A DNA stretch of 64,000 bases, from NCBI GenBank assembly GCA_040437565.1, contig JBDOQK010000046.1, positions 1 through 64,000 on the forward strand, given 5' to 3'. Every line of letters begins with the position of its first letter. The first letter of the stretch is position 1. Made by a program: the position numbers and the translations under genes. Source of the DNA: Albugo candida (taxonomy: Eukaryota). Below, piece after piece: positions 1 to 13,311 of this stretch. A model generated the notes under the pieces. It did no database searches. It had not been told where the DNA came from and worked only from the letters and a program-made list of their open reading frames with translations.

Positions 1-126
1 AACCAGCAGGCAGCAGCCATCAGCAATTAAAAGAAAGGAGCTGTTCATTGCATCAAAAGATGAGAGTGGTGAGCAGCAGGAAGAAGAGGGAGAAGAAGAA
101 AACAGGATGGAAGAGGCCATTACGGT

Positions 127-1893
127 TTGAAGGAAGGGCTGAAAGGCATACAGAACCAGAAAAGCAGGTGGGGAAAATTCCCACCTTATCTTGTTTTAAG
201 ACTTATGACCATCCTTCAGTATCTGGAAGGACGGCTTTACCAGGACATGAGAAAGAAGGAAGCGTCAGCTACTGCAGCCAACGACAAACTGCACAAGACG
301 TCAGACTGGGCCTGCAGGAACGTTGGGCTTTGGGCAGATCGGTACTTGGTCAGCAAAGACCTTCCAACACATCAGCAAGGCCGACATTCAAAAAGAAGAG
401 ATATCCTGTTAGACCTTGATATCAAGAGGGAGTGCCTGTCATGGATGAGGGGGAGGAAGCACAATGAAAAATCGCCCAAAGAGCTCCAGATGGTCCTTCA
501 AAACAGCTTTTCGTAAAGGTCCTGGGAGAGAAGGAGCAGAAGATCAGCTCCTTGACAGTGGTCAAGTACCTCAAGATCTGGGGATTCAAAAAAGAAAATG
601 GGAAAGCAGCTGTATATGGACGGTCATGAAAGTGAGGATGTGCTGAAGTATAGAGAGGGCTGGTCAAAGAGGATGATGGAGTACAAAAAGATGTATAAGT
701 GGACTGAAGAGAAGATGGATGTTTTGGCGGAGGGAAAGGTGGAAGTGTGGGACAACAAGTATGTGCATGTGACGCATGATGAGTCTGCCTTCTACAGCAA
801 CGATGGAAGTTTGGAGTTCTGGGTATAAGAAGGCAATAGTTGTTAGGAAGAAAGGACCAGGGGGGGGGTCAATCATAATCAGTGACTTTCATGGGCCTAT
901 GCCATGGACCCATGAAAGTCTCTGATACAGCAAGTGAGGGAGGATGGTCTCACTTCACCATCAGCCAGAGAGATCATTAAGGCAGGAAAGAACAGAGATA
1001 GTTGGTGGAAAAGTGAAGACATGGTAAGGCAACTCCATGAGAAGGCCATCCCCATTTTCAACATCCTTCATCCAGGATGTATTGGTGAGTTTTTCAAATT
1101 TCTTGTTTCACATTTCTAGTTGGAACTGAAGATCGATTTTTTCTTTCACCAAAACAATCAGGACTTTTTTCTTTCGACCAATCCTCCAATCATCAGTCGT
1201 TTGCTCTCGACGCTCTGGCGGCTGGCAGGATGACTCTCAAGCCCAAGAAAGAGAAAACATACCACTACAAAGATGAATGGTACATCACCGATTACCAAAA
1301 AATCTGGCAATCCATGTGGTTTACCCACATGAGAGAGATTTACTTTAAGGGCATCGAGATGGTAAGCTTTCTTCTCTGTGCTTTCAAGATCTCACTGATG
1401 CGATTTCACCACTGACGTTACTCTCTCACAGGTGCTGAAGGAAAGAGAGATCGGTCCTCCTCCCAACGTAAATTGGAATCTGGATTTCCATTACAAGGCA
1501 TTGCCCCCAACAAATGACTGCTGAAGGCATGCCTTGATGGCCCAGCCAGATTTTGCTAAACGGGAGTCAGCCCTGGAGATGGAGATGAAGCAGTCAGGAC
1601 ATTTTATTGAATATTACCCCAAATTCCACTGTGAGTGCAACTTCATCGAGAGGTACTGGGGAGCCGCCAAGAGAGTAGCGCGGAACCAATGTAATTATAA
1701 TTTCACCACGCTTTGGGAGAGGCTCCCTGGTATCCCCGATGGATTGAGCATGAAGGAGATTCGGGAGCACTATCGAGCATCCTGGCGATACATCAAAATG
1801 TATAGCAAAGGCAAGGATGGCATCGAGGCGGAGAAGGTTGAGTGGGGCAGACGAAGGATGAAATCGCACCGACGTCTACGCGTCAACGATTGA
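127..1893 (+). mobile_element. Degenerate DDE transposase (IS630-Tc1-mariner-related family common in fungi), intron-containing; 5' part may extend beyond the window
   Basis: Family motifs appear in order across broken ORFs: YMDGHESEDVLKYR, VTHDESAFYSND, GKNRDSWW, IPIFNILHPGC, FDQSSNH, KGIEMVLKER, QPDF, YYPKFHCECNFIERYWGAAK. GT-AG introns at 1085-1161 and 1362-1431 restore the frame. In-frame stops (about 826 and 1522) and frameshifts (about 510-600) show decay. Possible right end near 2113, followed by TA. Confidence 0.85.
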
Positions 1894-2415
1894 TTTCTGC
1901 AGGCATATCCATGTGTTGACAGGTGTTTGAGCTTTTTTTGGATTTCCTTATGACTCGGCCATATGTACATCGCCATTCCTCGTTTGTTATACTTCTCATG
2001 CCCTATTTCCTCGCATCCCAGGCCAAAAACTGTACATAGACATTCCTGTTTTTTATACCTTGCCTGCTTTATTTCCTTTTTATTTCAGCCACGAAAAAAA
2101 ATATTTCACAGCGTACGACCTTTCACACGGGATGTTTCAAATCTTGCCGATCTTAGGAAAACATGCAAAAAGGTCCAACTTGCAGGCGTATCAGCACCAT
2201 GAAGAAGATATGCACAATCTGCTTGCAACAAAATGTTCAGCACTGCAAAAGCTATCGTTTGGTGCAAGCAAAATTGACAAAACTTTCCAATCCAGGTGTC
2301 TGATAGTCTTTGAACTTGATCAAAAAATGTTGGCTCTAGAGGAGTTGCACCATAGCCGGCAAATTGAGAAGTGCTATCAGGCAGCTTAATTGTTCGTTAC
2401 TCCGAGTTAATGACG

Positions 2416-3083
2416 TTATTCCCTATCAAAATTTGGTACTTCCACGTAGACTTCTTCTTGAATTTCTTCTTTCAAATACGCTGTGTCCACATCAATTTGT
2501 TCAATGATGTATCCAATTGCACAGCACGCTGATAGGAGTATTCTAATCGAGTTAACGCTCGTGACAGCAGCATATGTCTCAAAGAAATCGACTCCGTGAC
2601 GTTGTAAAAATCCCAGCGCAACCAATCTTGCTTGGTAGCGCAGTGTCGGGCCTGTCTCCTTCTTGACACAGACCACTTAGTTCCAATGGTCTTCATTCCT
2701 GGTTTTCGTTGAACAATTGACCACGTGTTGTTGCGCTTGTGTGCAACGAATTCTTTGTTGATTGCTTTAGCCCACTGGTCTCTTTCATCTCCGGTGGATA
2801 CATCTTCGTACGATCGTGGGATGTTTGTGTAACCATTGCGACTTTTACCATCAACACGTGTCGCTATCCAATCTACATCTCTTGGATTGAGGTTCGTTAT
2901 CATCTGTGTCACTTGACTGAACATTGTGAACATTGTTATTGTGCACGACGATGCTGTCATCAATATGGCTGTCAGCACTATCAGCCTCGATCATAATTAT
3001 GGGCTGGTGTTCACTTTCTGCAATATCGTATTCATCTGTCCCATTGGTTTTGTCGGTAAGAAGACGTCGGTTCCGTTCCATAT
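2416..3083 (-). mobile_element. Ty1/copia retrotransposon pol fragment (RVT_2 reverse transcriptase N-terminal part), frameshifted
   Basis: IPRSYEDV..DQWAKAINKEF..HKRNNTWSIV..IGTKW in one frame continues as RYQARLVALGFLQRHGVDFFETYA..QIDVDTAYL..EEVYVEVP in another. Truncated at 2416 and by the gap. Confidence 0.9.
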
Positions 3084-3203
3084 NNNNNNNNNNNNNNNNN
3101 NNNNNNNNNNNNNNNNNNNNNNNNNNNNNNNNNNNNNNNNNNNNNNNNNNNNNNNNNNNNNNNNNNNNNNNNNNNNNNNNNNNCAAAAGCTTACGCGGGT
3201 GCG

Positions 3204-4256
3204 ATGATAAAATATCCATCGCTGAAGCCTGCATTGCAAGCTACGGCCAGAATACCGATGGCGCGATGGTATACGGATCGAGCAAAGGATATCCCTCAGC
3301 TCGCAAAAGACGTGTACTTGGACGTTTGTGATTCTGCTTACGACGGTTTGAACGAAACGTTGCGATGTTTATCATTGGAGCCCGTCAGGAGTAAATTCAA
3401 TGAAAAAGTGGTTATTGTATATGGACTACCGAACAAGGACTGTAAAGACAAGTTTTCATCTTCTGGAGGCAATAAGAATTCTGACGATTACAAGGAATTC
3501 GTTCAGAATTTGGTGGATGGCAATGTGGACAAGAAAAAAGTCATCTATATATTGGAACCTGACGCTATCGGCCTCCTTGCTGTCGACGAGTGTGGCGCAA
3601 AAGCCGAGTATGAAAAGAATCTGGCTTTAGCTATCGATATGCTGGTCAGTGATTACTCGAATGTTTTCATCGACATCGGATTCTGGACACTTAGTAATGA
3701 TAGTGACGCTCAAGCGGTGGCAAAGATTGTGAATCGTGTCGATCCTGACAAAAAGTGTACAGGAATCGCTTTGAATACGGCAAATCATCGATCTGTAGAG
3801 GAGATGCATGAGTATTGCGAACGATATCAAAAAGCAGCAGGACGAAAGATCAAGTGTATTGTTGATACTTCACGGAACAATCTTGGACCGTCACCACATA
3901 TAGAATGGTGCAACGTGAGGAAGGCTGGTATTGGTCGCCTTCCAACTAAAGACACCGGATACAAGGATATCTATGCTTGTTCGTGGCTTAAAGACCCGGG
4001 AGGAAGTGATGGACCATGTAGTGGCAGAACACCGGATTCATTGCCAGGAGGTCCAGAAGCAGGAGAATTCTTTGCGGAAAGCTTTGTCAATTTGTGGAAC
4101 AATGGAATATTTGTTACGGAATTCGACTATCCTAAAGTATCTCTCAAGAAGCCTTGGATCAAGCCAGGGGAGAAGTGTTCCAAATCTCATGGTCGTAAAC
4201 GAAAACGGTGCCATCGCAGTCCTGGCAATCCGGGCAATCCTGGCGCTCAGTATTGA
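3204..4256 (+). CDS. Glycoside hydrolase family 6 cellulase; true N-terminus (signal peptide) probably lies in the upstream gap
   Basis: GH6 motifs WYTDR, VYGLPNKDC, ILEPDAIG, IVDTSRN, EWCN, WLKDPGGSDG, PEAGEFF with the catalytic Asps retained. The paralog at 35249 shows about 40 more N-terminal codons. Confidence 0.92.
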   Translation: MIKYPSLKPALQATARIPMARWYTDRAKDIPQLAKDVYLDVCDSAYDGLNETLRCLSLEPVRSKFNEKVVIVYGLPNKDCKDKFSSSGGNKNSDDYKEFVQNLVDGNVDKKKVIYILEPDAIGLLAVDECGAKAEYEKNLALAIDMLVSDYSNVFIDIGFWTLSNDSDAQAVAKIVNRVDPDKKCTGIALNTANHRSVEEMHEYCERYQKAAGRKIKCIVDTSRNNLGPSPHIEWCNVRKAGIGRLPTKDTGYKDIYACSWLKDPGGSDGPCSGRTPDSLPGGPEAGEFFAESFVNLWNNGIFVTEFDYPKVSLKKPWIKPGEKCSKSHGRKRKRCHRSPGNPGNPGAQY

Positions 4257-7034
4257 CCATTCTCATTGTTAATACATCGCTTCTTTTACTTTCTTGCAAA
4301 CATATCATGAGACATATACTTTCTTGTAAAATGCGAGCAACGCTTCGATTTCGCTTTTTTCCACTCGAAATCGTAAAGCTCGGACAGGTGGAGATTTAGT
4401 TTTTTATCAGAGTTAGAAGCGCTCTAGTATGAGTCCCATATACAGGAGCTTTAGCAGGTTGAATTGCGAAGTGCAATGAGCACAAGATAGGGGCTACTAA
4501 ATTCGTGCTACGTAAGCAGTGTTGTGCTTGGCTTACTCAAAATATGAGGTACAATTATTCCGGCTTGCGTTTATGACTTAAGTTTAAACTTTTCACTCAA
4601 ATATGAAGAAGTTTTGGACCTTCAGAAAACAACAATCGTTGACGACTTACATGATATTACCAAGTAGTAATTTCTTGATATTATCCGCTTTTGCAGGCTT
4701 GCGAGTTTTTTCCGAAAGCCGTCTTATGATATCCAAATCAGTTTCCATCATATCATTCTGTTATTGAGTCCACATGCAGGTTAATCATCTTGCTGACATT
4801 GTTGCTTAACATGTAATGAATGCACGGTTGGCCTCTGATCTACTGTAAGGAGTCGGAGTTGGAGTCGGCTTGTTGAATGTTAATCGTATGTGTATAGTAT
4901 ACCATTTTTCTCACCATGAAGTTGGATTCGTTTTTCTATCCGTTTCATGTCGCTTTCATAAAGGTTTATCAGCTTTCCTTCTCACAATAAATAGTGAAGT
5001 TCCTTCTGCTGTACTACTTGCTGAAGAAATCGTCACTCATCAAAATCTTTTACGGACAGCAGCGACAAATCAAGTTGTCATGTAACAGCTAAGCAACACG
5101 AGTGAGTGAGGTGTTGTCAAACTGAGCGGGACGAAAAAATCTCCCACTTTCAGAAATCTTTTAGAATCTTGGATTGCTTCTCGCCCAAATGAAAAGCGTA
5201 GATGGTTTTGATACTTAATCGACTTGCGGCTGAGTGCAAAAAAAAATATTGGCGTATCTTATTGAATGAAGGTATGGTGCAGCGATGTGATCACCATCCG
5301 ATAATCTCAGATCAGATTATCGCTCTCCGCAGAACTATATCTGGAACACCTAGTCAATAAAGTGGGATTAAAGTAGAGTGATTCTTGAATATAGGTACTC
5401 CAAAAAATAGCTTTGCAAACTCGGAAGCAAACGAGTGCGCTCGTACGATAGTAAATACCCTTCTTTCGAAATGAATTAGTTTCAGATTAATGTCTGTACG
5501 TACAAAATATGTGCTACATGTCTAGGGGGCCAAAGACCATTATAATCATAATCCAATGCAAGAGAAACTACTTTGCATTTAATTAATATGCATACAATTG
5601 CGCAGAGAGCTATTTGTTGGTTATCAAAGCTTTCTCTACTCGACTCGCAGAACTACCCGTATCGGTCAATCTGTGATTGTGATGTTAACTTAATCTACCA
5701 GTATAGCTTCGGACTTCACAACATACATTAAACCTACGAAAACCTGAGCAATGCAGACACAGCGTCGACTAGGGTGGTGTTGGAAATCGTATGATGTCGA
5801 AGCTTGTGTACATGGCCACTATAGGAAAATTTCATCTGTTAGTTTGATGCGTGCCGTCTTTTCTACCTATCGGCAAGCATAACCATGCAGGCACTGAGGG
5901 TCTGGAAAGATTGGCGGATACAATAACTTTTCTATGATATAGTTCCCCTTTTACCACTAAAAGTGGTCCGAGGGCCATTTCTACGTCGAGCTTGTCTATT
6001 CAAGATAGGGCGTATCACATTGTTAGACATAAAATGTGCGGACCTATTAAATAGAGCCTATCAATCGTGGAATGGTGAGGAGAAGTCTGAGTGAACACCT
6101 TCAGACGTGTCGAGTGATGCGAACATGAGCTTACTTTGTCTAGCGTATAAAATATGGAGCATGTGGTTCTCAGATGCTACGTACGACCAATTCTTCAGTT
6201 GACGCTCGATTGAATCGGTTAGTATCGTGATCTCTATAATTTCTTACATCTGTATTGAGTTTTTGAGTTAGTTGTTGTGATACGCACGCATCGGAATAGC
6301 TTAGAAAGTATTTCAGAAAATTCTTAGTCGCTTTTCGTTTCGAATATGTTTTGCAAAACATCTTTTTTAAGCCTCTACCATTGATTGGCGACAACACAAC
6401 AGGTCATGTTCGCGTTGTGTAGATACCTCAGAAGACAGTGCCTTTTAGATCTCATATCGTATCGCTATGATGAATATTGCATAGCCACATCATCAAACCA
6501 TTTCGAAGAAACGTGTTGTTGGACCACCAATTACTATGATAGTTGTTATATTTCCCACTTGGATTCATCATCTGTATGATANNNNNNNNNNNNNNNNNNN
6601 NNNNNNNNNNNNNNNNNNNNNNNNNNNNNNNNNNNNNNNNNNNNNNNNNNNNNNNNNNNNNNNNNNNNNNNNNNNNNNNNNATCTCATATCGTATCGCTA
6701 TGATGAATATTGCATAGCCACATCATCAAACCATTTCGAAGAAACGTCTTGTTGGACCACCAATTACTATGATAGTTGTTATATTTCCCACTTGGATTCA
6801 TCATCTGTATGATAGGCTTTATAACGTTGTACGAGGTGTGTCTATTGCATCCAAAAAGCGTTTCGCCAAATCCATCAGTCCTAGTTGCAGAGTTATGTAC
6901 ATCCTTTTTCTATAGACATTTGGCGTTGATACTTACATATAGGCTATGACCTGTACTCCATTGTTACAGATTATTGCATTCATGATTGCACAAATGATGG
7001 CATTATGGCATTTACTACCTCGTGCCATACGAAT

Positions 7035-8215
7035 GCAATCATGATTGTGCAACATTTTATTCACAACAAGACTATAAAGATCTCACTTTTTATGACTTCA
7101 CTCTTTGACGTTTAGTCCTTCTGATGTCGAGGATCTGTGCCACAGCTATTTCAGATGGATACCGCACAAAATAGCAGGCTGGATGCCACGGTGTACTGCG
7201 CGTTGGTCACCAAGTATATGACAAATCGATTGCTACCACTCCTCATATAGTTCATGGTCATGGACGATTTCTATCAGCAAACGAAACAGACCGAACAGTC
7301 TTGTTGTCTCATCAAAACATCCGACGTAATGAAATGACACACCACCTATTTCGCCATCCTTGGCCTTCTACATGCATGAAGTATGTATCTCCTAATGTAC
7401 CACTCATGCAAGCTTGCTTTCCTTTATCACCATTTGTTCCCCTCATCCCTTGCTACCTTTCTGTCGAGGAAGGACGGATGTCACTAAGAACCCTTTGAAA
7501 CGGAGTTGTTGAAGAGTCAGAACTCTTAAAGTCCTCAAAAACCAAGTGATCTAAAGAGAAAATGTGGCTCGATTGGCGGACAAAATGTTTTGTCGATATG
7601 TACATGTATTTGACGTAGAGCTACCAAAAACCAAACACATTTAATGTAGACGTGGTCGACCATTTCCATTGTCTGGATATGAAATTCTCAACGTAAATCT
7701 ATCAGCTAACACAAACAAAGAGTGCGGAAAGAAGCGCCTNNNNNNNNNNNNNNNNNNNNNNNNNNNNNNNNNNNNNNNNNNNNNNNNNNNNNNNNNNNNN
7801 NNNNNNNNNNNNNNNNNNNNNNNNNNNNNNNNNNNNNNNTCTACCGCCTAAACCGAGGAATGGAGTGATACATCTGAACGCACGTGGTAGATTTCTTCTT
7901 TCTATGACTTTTCACTCTTCTATATCTTGTTAATAGGAGCAGAAAGAGAACAAGCTACAGAGGATGCTTGAAAGGAATATGTACCCTACCAGACTCTGTG
8001 TAGTATACGCAGTAGACAAAAAGTGGTGAAAATGATATATAGAAGCAACAAGACCTTCGTAGCTATCATTTCGTGATTAGTAGTAGCTTTGGTCTGACTT
8101 GCATACGGCAGTGCTCTATCAGTGACTTCGGTACTGGCACTAAATTTTGATTTAGTGGACGCATTCGTGGAATCAACTGAAGCTGTTACGCCAATGTATG
8201 TGATGTGCTTAATCG
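7035..8215 (+). repeat. Left arm of a diverged inverted duplication (partner about 11840-12915); content is unidentified, possibly a decayed gene
   Basis: 7981-8110 is the near-exact reverse complement of 11930-12059. 7560-7730 matches 12160-12330 and 7035-7500 matches 12380-12915 with many substitutions. Confidence 0.85.
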
Positions 8216-10629
8216 GTTGTCAATATGACGAAAGTGAGACATTTTGAAGTCGCATTCGGCGATAAGAGTCTATTATTCTACAGATGAACATTATTTTAGG
8301 TACAGCATTCCCCCTTTTATTGCTGTCCGTGCACTGAATCCTTTGTTCTCCCACTCCATTTCCCAGCGCTCTCCTCTGCTTCTTGAATCCAGATAAGCAC
8401 ATTCAAAGTATCGTAACCAGTGTAATAATTTAATACCAGCGTTTCTGGTCTTGTACCACTCGTTCTCAAATGCCGGTGAAGAATACTTACATCCATCGAG
8501 CTGTCAGGAATGAACAGTTTCTTTTGACGACACGACATTTCGTTCATTCTTTCAAACCTTACTCCCATTTATTGCATTTATCATTTTGGTTAATAGTTGA
8601 ACTGGATTGCGATTTTCAATTTACATCTGCACTTATACTTAAATGTGTGAAACATATTATGAATGCATACAGGTCCTAAGTCTTGGTCGGAAGCCCTCTC
8701 TTTGAAGATTCCGTTTACAGCTATAATGTGACTGATATTTGCCCGCTATATCATTCATTTTCAGTGGAAACCGTTTTTACACAGCTATTATCGGCCAGGC
8801 ATTCCTCAGGTGATCGTCATCCATATAGGAATGTTGAAGATTGGAACTACTAGCCGTGTCCTAGTACAAGCTAGGATTTGCGTTATTGAATACTCCATAC
8901 CATGAATAGTCCGACTCTCCGACGTATCGTACGGTAGGTACACATTTGGTACATTGNNNNNNNNNNNNNNNNNNNNNNNNNNNNNNNNNNNNNNNNNNNN
9001 NNNNNNNNNNNNNNNNNNNNNNNNNNNNNNNNNNNNNNNNNNNNNNNNNNNNNNNNTACACATTTGGTACATTGTACCATTTATGCATCAAAAATGTACT
9101 ATCCACAAGGGTAGGATTTTGTTAGCAAAGGGCAACATCTCAGCCTTTTTCTGCTTTTGATCGTTCATGTGTGAAGGAGAGGCTCTGAAAAAGCCCCGTT
9201 GCCGAGAAATGGCAAAAAACGACTTGAGAGTGAAAACGAGAAACAGTAAGAGCAGGACAGTTGTTGGATTTCGGATAAAATGATCAATCACAGAAGCTTG
9301 GTGGCGGATGACTTTGCGTTCTTCGGGCTCTATGCTCCGTCAACCCTCAACCCTAAACCCAAGCTCATCTGAAGTCGGACAGCACGCAAATATGCATGTA
9401 ATATGCCCGTAACATGGAATTTGTACTGATATGCACATATCTGACGATCTCCTTCGACCGGATACGTCAAGGTAGCGTACCCTACTTACCTACCCCTTGA
9501 CCTTTTAATTAGCCAAAAACATTTTTATATACTCTGTCATTGGATAAAACTACGCGGATATGATTCTATCTGCTCGTCCATGGCATACAAACACTAAGTC
9601 GGGTCGGAGAAGTGACGATATTCATCTATACATGGTTTTTGATTGCTTGGATAACGTATTCTACACAAAATAGTCTGGTTTATAAAATGTTGATTAACAA
9701 CTGGCAAGCAGTAACTAGCGACAATGGGATCTGACAGCAATCATTAGCATGCAAGAACCTAGGGTACAAGCTTCATTGTGGCGGAGGCGATTCCTCACGA
9801 ATTTTTTGCTCATTTCGGCACTGCCAAATCTATTGGTCTGATTCATTGATCGAGTTTGATCGCAAGTGTGGCACTTCGATATTAGTCAGCTTGCAAGGTG
9901 TTTTTCTCAGGAAAGAGATACGGATGCTAGAGTTCGATGTCCTGCTTGGCGACACCGAAAGGGACGACATATTCGAGCAAGATGGTTGCATTAGCGCAAT
10001 ACTTGTTTCGCAGGGAAAGACCAAAGTAGAAATACGGAGATAAACCAAGTGTCTTGATAATGTCGTGATTGTCTCACTCTAAGTATCATCAGGGTTGTAC
10101 TCTCATTCGCAAGGAAAAGAAATCGTAACAAGCGCCCTTTGGTGTGATGATGAGAAGTTGCAAGTGTAAAGTTTTTCAAGCTTGGACGACTTCTTTCACT
10201 GGTTGACAGACGGTCCGGCCATCCTTAACGTGAAGACAATGATGCAGATTTTCCAAAAATGTTGGCGATGTTTCCAGATCTTCCAATCTGCAAAATAATG
10301 TGTTCAAAATTTAATGAATAGATCACTTCAAAATTTTCTGCTTGGTAACGTGATCGTCACTCATTTATGACGTTGCAGACTTATTACAATTTCGCTCAAC
10401 CTGTCAAAGAAAGCTATCTGAACAAAAGTCTGGGAATTTTACCAGATATTTTGAGCAAGCCACGCACAACTCCGCTGCCGTACCACGGATTTAATGGTCT
10501 TGATGTTGTGCTCATAGCATTCACGGTTCGCGGTCCAGTCTACTGGTTCTTCTTCATATCACATCAAGTCCGGTCCTGATTCTTTGAAAAACCAATTTTC
10601 GACCTGTCGGGGCTTTCTGATTCGTGTCG

Positions 10630-11530
10630 AAAATTCAAATCGGATCGTTGTTGGCATTCCGCGATAGAGTATTTCTCCTGCAGAATTTTCAGCATAAAAA
10701 CCTCCTTGCAGCTGGCCCTCCTGGCAGTTAATCGTGTGTTCTGCCAGAACATTCTTTATCACTTTCTTCCAGGATTTTGAGCCACGCATAAGCATAGATA
10801 TCTATGTAGTCGATTTCCTTAGTTGGTAGACGACCAATAACTGTAAGTGCATTATAAAAAGTTGCGTCATTCTTTTTGATGTGACGGTGGAACACTATTG
10901 CGAGAAGTATCAATGATGCACTCGACCTCACGCCCTTCGATGTTTGATATCGTTCGCAACATTCGTGCATCTCCTCTAAAGCTCGATTTGCCATGTTTAC
11001 AGCGATGCCTGCACACTTTACGTTACGATCGAGTCGATTCATCTTTGCCATCACTTGAGCGTCATTAGCAATAGTAAGTTCCACAATGCTATGTCTATTG
11101 AGCGTGAGGATAGAGCACAACGATAGCTAAAATCATAATTCTTCATGATTAACGTTTGCGGATTCGGATAACCATCGACAGCGAGTAAGCCTATAGTGTC
11201 AGGTTCCAGTATATGAAAAAATAGATTACCTTTTTATTCACATTGCCATCCACCAAATTCTGTGTAAATACCTTGCAATCTTCAGCATCCTTATTGCTGC
11301 CGGAAGATGAGAACTTGTCTTAGTTCTATCGACGATGATCACGTTTTCACTATAAATTAGACTATAAAAAATTCAATGATGGGCAACGTCTAGTTTCTAT
11401 CCTTATGTACAAGACTACTAACGCCGAAGTACACGTTTTCGTAAGCTGACGGATATTCTCTTCTCGATTTGTATACCATCACGCCATCGCAATGCTGGCC
11501 AATTTTTCAATACAGACTTCAGCAAAGAGA
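10630..11530 (-). pseudogene. GH6 pseudogene
   Basis: Fragments IAMA*WYTNR, LEPD.IGLLAVDG, CAGIAVNMANRALEEMHECCERYQ, IGRLPTKE..YIDIYAYAWLK..EESD..CSGRT; multiple stops and frameshifts. Confidence 0.88.
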
Positions 11531-11839
11531 AAAGAAATTGCCTCTACGTTTATCATTCCCATTTGGATGACGATCACGTGACGAATCTGTAACCGAGGAA
11601 TGCAATGTAAAAATCTTTTACCTCGCGAAATGAAGTTATAGCGTGCTAGTACTGTATCAGTCGCATCATAGCTGTAATCGGGACCTTTAAAAAGGAAAAA
11701 AATGACCGCTAAGGGGTCCTTGCACAGAAATACTGTGCTGCAAGTCATGTTCTTCTCTGAAACAATGGGCTCTTTGTCGCCGAGTACGAATATAAAATGG
11801 TTCTCTTTTCCTCATCTTGACCTCCGGTTAAGCACATAA

Positions 11840-12915
11840 CATACATTTGCGTAACAGCTTCAGTTGGTTTCACGAATGCTTCAACTGAATCAAAGTTCAG
11901 TGCCAATACCGAAGTTACTGATAAAGCGCTGCCGTATGCAAGTCAGACCAAAGCTACTACTAATCACGAAATGATAGCTACGAAGGTCTTGTTGCTTCTA
12001 TATATCATTTTCACCACTTTTTGTCTACTGCGTATACTACACAGAGTCTGGTAGGGTACNNNNNNNNNNNNNNNNNNNNNNNNNNNNNNNNNNNNNNNNN
12101 NNNNNNNNNNNNNNNNNNNNNNNNNNNNNNNNNNNNNNNNNNNNNNNNNNNNNNNNNNNTTCCGCACTCTTTGTTTGTGATACCTTGATAGATTTACGTT
12201 TAGAAGTTCGTGTCGAGACAATGGAAATGGTCCATCACGTCTACCATGAATGTGTGTGGTTATAGGTAGCTGTACGTCAAATACATGTACATATCGAGAA
12301 AACATTTTGTATACAAATCGAGCCTATCTTTTCTGTCGATCACTTGACTTTTGATGACTTTGAGAATTCGTACTCTTTCACAATTCCATTTCAAGGGTTT
12401 CTTCCTTGACAGAGAGGTGTCAAGGGTATGAAGCAAAAAAACAAGTAGTGATGAAGAATAGCAAGCTTTCGTGTGTGGCACATTAGGAGGTACATACTAC
12501 ATGCGTGTAGAAGGGCAATAATGGCGAAAATGGTGGTGCGTCATTCATCACGTCGGATGTTTTGATGACACAACAACACTATCAACATTCTCTATTTTTG
12601 ACCTCAGAATCTGCTCGGTAGGTTTTGTTAGCTGATAGAACTCAACTCGTCCGTGACCAAAACCTATATATGGAGTGAAAGGAATCGACTTGTCATATAC
12701 TTGATGATTGACACGGAGTACACCGGGAATGAAAACACCATCCGTGTTCGCTTCTTGGAAGGATTGTCGCATGCAGATGGCTATTATGTGCGGTAAACAT
12801 CCAAAACAGCTGTGGCACAGATCTACGTCATTTGAACATAACGTCAAAAAGTCAAGTCACTGAAGAGTGGGATTTGTATAGTCTTCATTTGAATACAGCT
12901 ACATGATTGCACCGT
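11840..12915 (-). repeat. Right arm of the diverged inverted duplication (partner 7035-8215)
   Basis: Reverse-complement similarity to 7035-8215; both arms carry a 100-N gap at the equivalent position. Confidence 0.85.
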
Positions 12916-12919
12916 GTCA

Positions 12920-13311
12920 CCGGCATGCAGAAACTTCATTCGCATATGTGAAATCAGCAACAGATGATAAGGCTTCGCTTGTCGATACATTTCGAGAATC
13001 TTTGGTTGGAAAAAGTGCAAGTTCGCATTCATAATCCACCTCTAGCAGTGTTTGCAATTCGTGATGTATTCCAATATGGTATCGAATGTGTGCTTTGAAA
13101 ACTGACCAACTTAGACCACTTTCTATAATTCGGGAAGAGACAATGGGCATGAGTATTTTATGAAAGCAGTTTTCCCAGTCATTAGTCGCCCTCGAGAAAG
13201 AGTAGTAGTGTTGGGGGGGACGTTTGACCACGATAGATATGACCATTTTCATCGATGAATCGGATTGGCAAATCGTTTCTTGCTTGTGCATGTAAAAATG
13301 CGGGACAGCAT
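12920..13311 (-). pseudogene. Fumarylacetoacetate-hydrolase-family pseudogene (5' half)
   Basis: IRFIDENGHI, LMPIVSSRII, EVDYECELA, RNVSTSEALSSVADFTYANEVSACR match the intact gene at 57699; frameshifts and internal deletions. Confidence 0.88.

Noticed and set aside
4300-7030. Possible gene remnants (also at 8220-8900, 9800-10300, 34500-35150 and 36900-37580)
   Set aside because: Coding-like texture but no identifiable homology by eye.
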